A stretch of 64,000 nucleotides of DNA from Auanema rhodensis (Eukaryota > Animalia > Nematoda): the NCBI GenBank assembly GCA_964057225.1, contig OZ059894.1, forward strand, positions 18,352,001 through 18,416,000, given 5' to 3'. Below, one piece after another: positions 54,601 through 64,000 of this stretch (the stretch's first letter is position 1; the number at the start of each line of letters is the position of its first letter). The notes under the pieces were generated by a model that saw nothing but the letters and a program-made list of their open reading frames with translations, did not search any database and was not told where the DNA came from. A program made the position numbers and the translations under genes.

Positions 54601-57600
54601 ATTTTGACAAAAATTTTTTCGAAAAATTTCAAAATAATTTAGCAAAAAGTAGATGTTTTTAGATTCCTTTTTTCAAGGCAAAGACGATGGACAATGTTAT
54701 TCAACGAAAAAATTAATTCTTCAGGGTGAAAATCGAGGATATAAGTGTGAACTTATATCAGTTGATATCTCGGTGCATTTTTAAGCTAGCGCAAATCTGA
54801 TAACACAGATCGACGCAGCTTAAAAATCCGCATCGAATGCACTATACTACATTGAGAAACGCTTAATACAAAAATTAGTTATGATCGTTTGAAAAATGAT
54901 GCATTAGTGTATGTTGTGTTTCCATGTACACTCAACATTGCTTCCAAAAACATTTTGACAAAAATTTTTTCGAAAAATTTCAAAATAATTTAGCAAAAAG
55001 TAGATGTTTTTAGATTCCTTTTTTTAAGGCAAAGACGATGAACAATGTTATTCAACGAAAAAATTAATTGTTCAGGGTGAAAATCGAGGATATAAGTGTG
55101 AACTTATATCAGTTGATATCTCGGTGCATTTTTAAGCTAGCGCAAATCTGATAACACAGATCGACGCAGCTTAAAAATCCGCATCGAATGCACTATACTA
55201 CATTGAGAAACGCTTAATACAAAAATTAGTTATGATCGTTTGAAAAATGATGCATTAGTGTATGTTGTGTTTCCATGTACACTCAACATTGCTTCCAAAA
55301 ACATTTTGACAAAAATTTTTTCGAAAAATTTCGAAATAATTTAGCAAAAAGTAGATGTTTTTAGATTCCTTTTTTTAAGGCAAAGACGATGGACAATGTT
55401 ATTCAACGAAAAAATTAATTCTTCAGGGTGAAAATCGAGGATATAAGTGTGAACTTATATCAGTTGATATCTCGGTGCATTTTTAAGCTAGCGCAAATCT
55501 GATAACACAGATCGACGCAGCTTAAAAATCCGCATCGAATGCACTATACTATATTGAGAAACGCTTAATACAAAAATTAGTTATGATCGTTTGAAAAATG
55601 ATGCATTAGTGTATGTTGAGTTTCCATGTACACTCAACATTGCTTCCAAAAACATTTTGACAAAAATTTTTTCGAAAAATTTCAAAATAATTTAGCAAAA
55701 AGTAGATGTTTTTAGATTCCTTTTTTCAAGGCAAAGACGATGGACAATGTTATTCAACGAAAAAATTAATTCTTCAGGGTGAAAATCGAGGATATATGTG
55801 TGAACTTATATCAGTTGATATCTCGGTGTATTTTTAAGCTAGCGCAAATCTGTTAACACAGATCAACGCAGCTTAAAAATCCGCATCGAATGCACTATAC
55901 TACATTGAGAGACGCTTAAAACAAAAATTAGTTATGATCGTTTGAAAAATGATGCATTAGTGTATGTTGAGTTTCCATGTACACTCAACATTGCTTCCAA
56001 AAACATTTTGACAAAAATTTTTTCGAAAAATTTCAAAATAATTTAGCAAAAAGTAGATGTTTTTAGATTCCTTTTTTCAAGGCAAAGACGATGGACAATG
56101 TTATTCAACGAAAAAATTAATTCTTCAGGGTGAAAATCGAAGATATAAGTGTGAACTTATATCAGTTGATATCTCGGTGCATTTTCAAGCTAGCGCAAAT
56201 CTGATAACACAGATCGACGCAGCTTAAAAATCCGCATCGAATGCACTATACTATATTGAGAAACGCTTAATACAAAAATTAGTTATGATCGTTTGAAAAA
56301 TGATGCATTAGTGTATGTTGAGTTTCCATGTACACTCAACATTGCTTCCAAAAACATTTTGACAAAAATTTTTTCGAAAAATTTCAGAATAATTTAGCAA
56401 AAAGTAGATGTTTTTAGATTCCTTTTTTCAAGGCAAAGACGATGGACAATGTTATTCAACGAAAAAATTAATTCTTCAGGGTGAAAATCGAGGATATAAG
56501 TGTGAACTTATATCAGTTGATATCTCGGTGCATTTTTAAGCTAGCGCAAATCTGATAACACAGATCGACGCAGCTTAAAAATCCGCATCGAATGCACTAT
56601 ACTATATTGAGAAACGCTTAATACAAAAATTAGTTATGATCGTTTGAAAAATGATGCATTAGTGTATGTTGAGTTTCCATGTACACTCAACATTGCTTCC
56701 AAAAACATTTTGACAAAAATTTTTTCGAAAAATTTCAAAATAATTTAGCAAAAAGTAGATGTTTTTAGATTCCTTTTTTCAAGGCAAAGACGATGGACAA
56801 TGTTATTCAACGAAAAAATTAATTCTTCAGGGTGAAAATCGAGGATATATGTGTGAACTTATATCAGTTGATATCTCGGTGTATTTTTAAGCTAGCGCAA
56901 ATCTGTTAACACAGATCAACGCAGCTTAAAAATCCGCATCGAATGCACTATACTACATTGAGAGACGCTTAAAACAAAAATTAGTTATGATCGTTTGAAA
57001 AATGATGCATTAGTGTATGTTGAGTTTCCATGTACACTCAACATTGCTTCCAAAAACATTTTGACAAAAATTTTTTCGAAAAATTTCAAAATAATTTAGC
57101 AAAAAGTAGATGTTTTTAGATTCCTTTTTTCAAGGCAAAGACGATGGACAATGTTATTCAACGAAAAAATTAATTCTTCAGGGTGAAAATCGAAGATATA
57201 AGTGTGAACTTATATCAGTTGATATCTCGGTGCATTTTCAAGCTAGCGCAAATCTGATAACACAGATCGACGCAGCTTAAAAATCCGCATCGAATGCACT
57301 ATACTATATTGAGAAACGCTTAATACAAAAATTAGTTATGATCGTTTGAAAAATGATGCATTAGTGTATGTTGAGTTTCCATGTACACTCAACATTGCTT
57401 CCAAAAACATTTTGACAAAAATTTTTTCGAAAAATTTCAGAATAATTTAGCAAAAAGTAGATGTTTTTAGATTCCTTTTTTCAAGGCAAAGACGATGGAC
57501 AATGTTATTCAACGAAAAAATTAATTCTTCAGGGTGAAAATCGAGGATATAAGTGTGAACTTATATCAGTTGATATCTCGGTGCATTTTTAAGCTAGCGC

Positions 57601-58949
57601 AAATCTGATAACACAGATCGACGCAGCTTAAAAATCCGCATCGAATGCACTATACTATATTGAGAAACGCTTAATACAAAAATTAGTTATGATCGTTTGA
57701 AAAATGATGCATTAGTGTATGTTGAGTTTCCATGTACACTCAACATTGCTTCCAAAAACATTTTGACAAAAATTTTTTCGAAAAATTTCGAAATAATTTA
57801 GCAAAAAGTAGATGTTTTTAGATTCCTTTTTTTAAGGCAAAGACGATGGACAATGTTATTCAACGAAAAAATTAATTCTTCAGGGTGAAAATCGAGGATA
57901 TAAGTGTGAACTTATATCAGTTGATATCTCGGTGCATTTTTAAGCTAGCGCAAATCTGATAACACAGATCGACGCAGCTTAAAAATCCGCATCGAATGCA
58001 CTATACTATATTGAGAAACGCTTAATACAAAAATTAGTTATGATCGTTTGAAAAATGATGCATTAGTGTATGTTGAGTTTCCATGTACACTCAACATTGC
58101 TTCCAAAAACATTTTGACAAAAATTTTTTCGAAAAATTTCAAAATAATTTAGCAAAAAGTAGATGTTTTTAGATTCCTTTTTTCAAGGCAAAGACGATGG
58201 ACAATGTTATTCAACGAAAAAATTAATTCTTCAGGGTGAAAATCGAAGATATAAGTGTGAACTTATATCAGTTGATATCTCGGTGCATTTTCAAGCTAGC
58301 GCAAATCTGATAACACAGATCGACGCAGCTTAAAAATCCGCATCGAATGCACTATACTATATTGAGAAACGCTTAATACAAAAATTAGTTATGATCGTTT
58401 GAAAAATGATGCATTAGTGTATGTTGAGTTTCCATGTACACTCAACATTGCTTCCAAAAACATTTTGACAAAAATTTTTTCGAAAAATTTCAGAATAATT
58501 TAGCAAAAAGTAGATGTTTTTAGATTCCTTTTTTCAAGGCAAAGACGATGGACAATGTTATTCAACGAAAAAATTAATTCTTCAGGGTGAAAATCGAGGA
58601 TATAAGTGTGAACTTATATCAGTTGATATCTCGGTGCATTTTTAAGCTAGCGCGAATCTGATAACACAGATCGACGCAGCTTAAAAATCCGCATCGAATG
58701 CACTATACTACATTGAGAAACGCTTAATACAAAAATTAGTTATGATCGTTTGAAAAATGATGCATTAGTGTATGTTGTGTTTCCATGTACACTCAACATT
58801 GCTTCCAAAAACATTTTGACAAAAATTTTTTCGAAAAATTTCAAAATAATTTAGCAAAAAGTAGATGTTTTTAGATTCCTTTTTTTAAGGCAAAGACGAT
58901 GGACAATGTTATTCAACAAAAAAATTAATTCTTCAGGGTGAAAATCGAG

Positions 58950-61250
58950 GATATAAGTGTGAACTTATATCAGTTGATATCTCGGTGCATTTTTAAGCTA
59001 GCGCAAATCTGATAACACAGATCAACGCAGCTTAAAAATCCGCATCGAATGCACTATACTACATTGAGAAACGCTCAAAACAAAAATTAGTTATGATCGT
59101 TTGAAAAATGATGCATTAGTGTATGTTGAGTTTCCATGTACACTCAACATTGCTTCCAAAAACATTTTGACAAAAATTTTTTCGAAAAATTTCAAAATAA
59201 TATAGCAAAAAGTAGATGTTTTTAGATTCCTTTTTTCAAGGCAAAGACGATGGACAATGTTATTCAACGAAAAAATTAATTCTTCAGGGTGAAAATCGAG
59301 GATATAAGTGTGAACTTATATCAGTTGATATCTCGGTGCATTTTTAAGCTAGCGCAAATCTGATAACACAGATCGACGCAGCTTAAAAATCCGCATCGAA
59401 TGCACTATACTACATTGAGAAACGCTTAATACAAAAATTAGTTATGATCGTTTGAAACATGATGCATTGCTTCAACATTGCTTCCAAAAACATTTTGACA
59501 AAAATTTTTTCGAAAAATTTCAAAATAATTTAGCAAAAAGTAGATGTTTTTGATGCATTGCTTCAACATTGCTTCCAAAAACATTTTGACAAAAATTTTT
59601 TCGAAAAATTTCAAAATAATTTAGCAAAAAGTAGATGTTTTTAGATTCCTTTTTTCAAGGCAAAGACGATGGACAATGTTATTCAACGAAAAAATTAATT
59701 CTTCAGGGTGAAAATCGAGGATATAAGTGTGAACTTATATCAGTTGATATCTCGGTGCATTTTTAAGCTAGCGCAAATCTGATAACACAGATCGACGCAG
59801 CTTAAAAATCCGCATCGAATGCACTATACTACATTGAGAAACGCTTAATACAAAAATTAGTTATGATCGTTTGAAAAATGATGCATTAGTGTATGTTGAG
59901 TTTCCATGTACACTCAACATTGCTTCCAAAAACATTTTGACAAAAATTTTTTCGAAAAATTTCAAAATAATTAAGCAAAAAGTAGATGTTTTTAGATTCC
60001 TTTTTTCAAGGCAAAGACGATGGACAATGTTATTCAACGAAAAAATTAATTCTTCAGGGTGAAAATCGAGGATATAAGTGTGAACTTATATCAGTTGATA
60101 TCTCGGTGCATTTTTAAGCTAGCGCAAATCTGATAACACAGATCAACGCAGCTTAAAAATCCGCATCGAATGCACTATACTACATTGAGAAACGCTCAAA
60201 ACAAAAATTAGTTATGATCGTTTGAAAAATGATGCATTAGTGTATGTTGAGTTTCCATGTACACTCAACATTGCTTCCAAAAACATTTTGACAAAAATTT
60301 TTTCGAAAAATTTCAAAATAATATAGCAAAAAGTAGATGTTTTTAGATTCCTTTTTTCAAGGCAAAGACGATGGACAATGTTATTCAACGAAAAAATTAA
60401 TTCTTCAGGGTGAAAATCGAGGATATAAGTGTGAACTTATATCAGTTGATATCTCGGTGCATTTTTAAGCTAGCGCAAATCTGATAACACAGATCGACGC
60501 AGCTTAAAAATCCGCATCGAATGCACTATACTACATTGAGAAACGCTTAATACAAAAATTAGTTATGATCGTTTGAAACATGATGCATTGCTTCAACATT
60601 GCTTCCAAAAACATTTTGACAAAAATTTTTTCGAAAAATTTCAAAATAATTTAGCAAAAAGTAGATGTTTTTGATGCATTGCTTCAACATTGCTTCCAAA
60701 AACATTTTGACAAAAATTTTTTCGAAAAATTTCAAAATAATTTAGCAAAAAGTAGATGTTTTTAGATTCCTTTTTTCAAGGCAAAGACGATGGACAATGT
60801 TATTCAACGAAAAAATTAATTCTTCAGGGTGAAAATCGAGGATATAAGTGTGAACTTATATCAGTTGATATCTCGGTGCATTTTTAAGCTAGCGCAAATC
60901 TGATAACACAGATCGACGCAGCTTAAAAATCCGCATCGAATGCACTATACTACATTGAGAAACGCTTAATACAAAAATTAGTTATGATCGTTTGAAAAAT
61001 GATGCATTAGTGTATGTTGAGTTTCCATGTACACTCAACATTGCTTCCAAAAACATTTTGACAAAAATTTTTTCGAAAAATTTCAAAATAATTAAGCAAA
61101 AAGTAGATGTTTTTAGATTCCTTTTTTCAAGGCAAAGACGATGGACAATGTTATTCAACGAAAAAATTAATTCTTCAGGGTGAAAATCGAGGATATAAGT
61201 GTGAACTTATATCAGTTGATATCTCGGTGCATTTTTAAGCTAGCGCAAAT
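58950..61250. repeat. 1121-bp 3-monomer HOR, two copies; boundaries approximate
   Basis: Identical ORFs at 59871 and 60992. 1121 = 2x351+419. The private variants TAATATAGC and TAATTAAGC each occur twice. Confidence 0.9.
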
Positions 61251-64000
61251 CTGATAACACAGATCGACGCAGCTTAAAAATCCGCATCGAATGCACTATA
61301 CTACATTGAGAAACGCTTAATACAAAAATTAGTTATGATCGTTTGAAAAATGATGCATTAGTGTATGTTGAGTTTCCATGTACACTCAACATTGCTTCCA
61401 AAAACATTTTGACAAAAATTTTTTCGAAAAATTTCAAAATAATTTAGCAAAAAGTAGATGTTTTTAGATTCCTTTTTTTAAGGCAAAGACGATGGACAAT
61501 GTTATTCAACAAAAAAATTAATTCTTCAGGGTGAAAATCGAGGATATAAGTGTGAACTTATATCAGTTGATATCTCGGTGCATTTTTAAGCTAGCGCAAA
61601 TCTGATAACACAGATCAACGCAGCTTAAAAATCCGCATCGAATGCACTATACTACATTGAGAAACGCTTAATACAAAAATTAGTTATGATCGTTTGAAAC
61701 ATGATGCATTGCTTCAACATTGCTTCCAAAAACATTTTGACAAAAATTTTTTCGAAAAATTTCAAAATAATTTAGCAAAAAGTAGATGTTTTTGATGCAT
61801 TGCTTCAACATTGCTTCCAAAAACATTTTGACAAAAATTTTTTCGAAAAATTTCAAAATAATTTAGCAAAAAGTAGATGTTTTTAGATTCCTTTTTTCAA
61901 GGCAAAGACGATGGACAATGTTATTCAACGAAAAAATTAATTCTTCAGGGTGAAAATCGAGGATATAAGTGTGAACTTATATCAGTTGATATCTCGGTGC
62001 ATTTTTAAGCTAGCGCAAATCTGATAACACAGATCGACGCAGCTTAAAAATCCGCATCGAATGCACTATACTACATTGAGAAACGCTTAATACAAAAATT
62101 AGTTATGATCGTTTGAAAAATGATGCATTAGTGTATGTTGAGTTTCCATGTACACTCAACATTGCTTCCAAAAACATTTTGACAAAAATTTTTTCGAAAA
62201 ATTTCAAAATAATTTAGCAAAAAGTAGATGTTTTTAGATTCCTTTTTTTAAGGCAAAGACGATGGACAATGTTATTCAACAAAAAAATTAATTCTTCAGG
62301 GTGAAAATCGAGGATATAAGTGTGAACTTATATCAGTTGATATCTCGGTGCATTTTTAAGCTAGCGCAAATCTGATAACACAGATCAACGCAGCTTAAAA
62401 ATCCGCATCGAATGCACTATACTACATTGAGAAACGCTTAATACAAAAATTAGTTATGATCGTTTGAAACATGATGCATTGCTTCAACATTGCTTCCAAA
62501 AACATTTTGACAAAAATTTTTTCGAAAAATTTCAAAATAATTTAGCAAAAAGTAGATGTTTTTGATGCATTGCTTCAACATTGCTTCCAAAAACATTTTG
62601 ACAAAAATTTTTTCGAAAAATTTCAAAATAATTTAGCAAAAAGTAGATGTTTTTAGATTCCTTTTTTCAAGGCAAAGACGATGGACAATGTTATTCAACG
62701 AAAAAATTAATTCTTCAGGGTGAAAATCGAGGATATAAGTGTGAACTTATATCAGTTGATATCTCGGTGCATTTTTAAGCTAGCGCAAATCTGATAACAC
62801 AGATCGACGCAGCTTAAAAATCCGCATCGAATGCACTATACTACATTGAGAAACGCTTAATACAAAAATTAGTTATGATCGTTTGAAAAATGATGCATTA
62901 GTGTATGTTGAGTTTCCATGTACACTCAACATTGCTTCCAAAAACATTTTGACAAAAATTTTTTCGAAAAATTTCAAAATAATTTAGCAAAAAGTAGATG
63001 TTTTTAGATTCCTTTTTTCAAGGCAAAGACGATGGACAATGTTATTCAACGAAAAAATTAATTCTTCAGGGTGAAAATCGAGGATATAAGTGTGAACTTA
63101 TATCAGTTGATATCTCGGTGCATTTTTAAGCTAGCGCAAATCTGTTAACACAGATCAACGCAGCTTAAAAATCCGCATCGAATGCACTATACTACATTGA
63201 AAAACGCTTAATACAAAAATTAGTTATGATCGTTTGAAAAATGATGCATTAGTGTATGTTGAGTTTCCATGTACACTCAACATTGCTTCCAAAAACATTT
63301 TGACAAAACTTTTTTCGAAAAATTTCAAAATAATTTAGCAAAAAGTAGATGTTTTTAGATTCCTTTTTTCAAGGCAAAGACGATGGACAATGTTATTCAA
63401 CGAAAAAATTAATTCTTCAGGGTGAAAATCGAGGATATAAGTGTGAACTTATATCAGTTGATATCTCGGTGCATTTTCAAGCTAGCGCAAATCTGATAAC
63501 ACAGATCGACGCAGCTTAAAAATCCGCATCGAATGCACTATACTACATTGAGAAACGCTTAAAACAAAAATTAGTTATGATCGTTTGAAAAATGATGCAT
63601 TAGTGTATGTTGAGTTTCCATGTACACTCAACATTGCTTTCAAAAACATTTTGACAAAAATTTTTTCAAAAAATTTCAAGATAATTTAGCAAAAAGTAGA
63701 TGTTTTTAGATTTCTTTTTTCAAGGCAAAGACGATGGACAATGTTATTCAAGGAAAAAATTAATTCTTCAGGGTGAAAATCGAGGATATAAGTGTAAACT
63801 TATATCAGTTGATATCTCGGTGCATTTTTAAGCTAGCGCAAATCTGATAACACAGATCGACGCAGCTTAAAAATCCGCATCGCATGCACTATACTACATT
63901 GAGAAACGCTTAATACAAAAATTAGTTATGATCGTTTGAAAAATGATGCATTAGTGTATGTTGTGTTTCCATGTACACTCAACATTGCTTCCAAAAACAT

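Larger units (their letters stand above)
19309..64000. repeat. Satellite array B: 351-bp monomer, about 125 tandem copies, running off the right edge of the window
   Basis: GGGTGAAAATCG recurs at 19331, 19682 and 20033 (period 351). All copies are head-to-tail in one orientation and differ by a few SNPs plus recurrent structural variants. Confidence 0.99.

Noticed and set aside
45026-61183. Four 63-aa ORFs MKNDALV...
   Set aside because: They start at TTG inside the satellite and are open only where TAG mutated to TAT or AAG. The other copies have the stop.
1-64000. CRISPR array or cassette system
   Set aside because: There are no unique spacers or cargo. The units are contiguous near-identical monomers, and no cas, integrase or RT genes are present.
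19309-64000. Array B as the Drosophila 359-bp (1.688) satellite, or as a dimer of array A
   Set aside because: The period is 351, not 359. The two halves show only faint similarity to each other and do not align collinearly with the 176-bp monomer.

Overview
This window contains no genes. It is AT-rich tandem satellite DNA, most likely eukaryotic centromeric or pericentromeric heterochromatin (inference), made of two different arrays joined at a sharp junction. Array A (1-19299) has about 110 copies of a 176-bp monomer, six of them 166 bp because of a 10-bp deletion. It is organised in irregular higher-order repeats (HORs) with a 15,790-bp (90-monomer) super-duplication. Array B (19309-64000) has about 125 copies of a 351-bp monomer, almost exactly twice 176, rich in hairpins. 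It includes 328-, 353-, 419- and 442-bp structural variants and many local HORs. The arrays meet through a 9-nt templated filler (19300-19308) that forms an (AATCTA)2AATC micro-repeat. All eight listed ORFs are chance frames created by repeat variants. I cannot identify the species or match either satellite to a named family from the sequence alone. The best leads are the base-resolved junction, the 1x/2x monomer-length relationship, and a traceable deletion, duplication and recombination history in array B.
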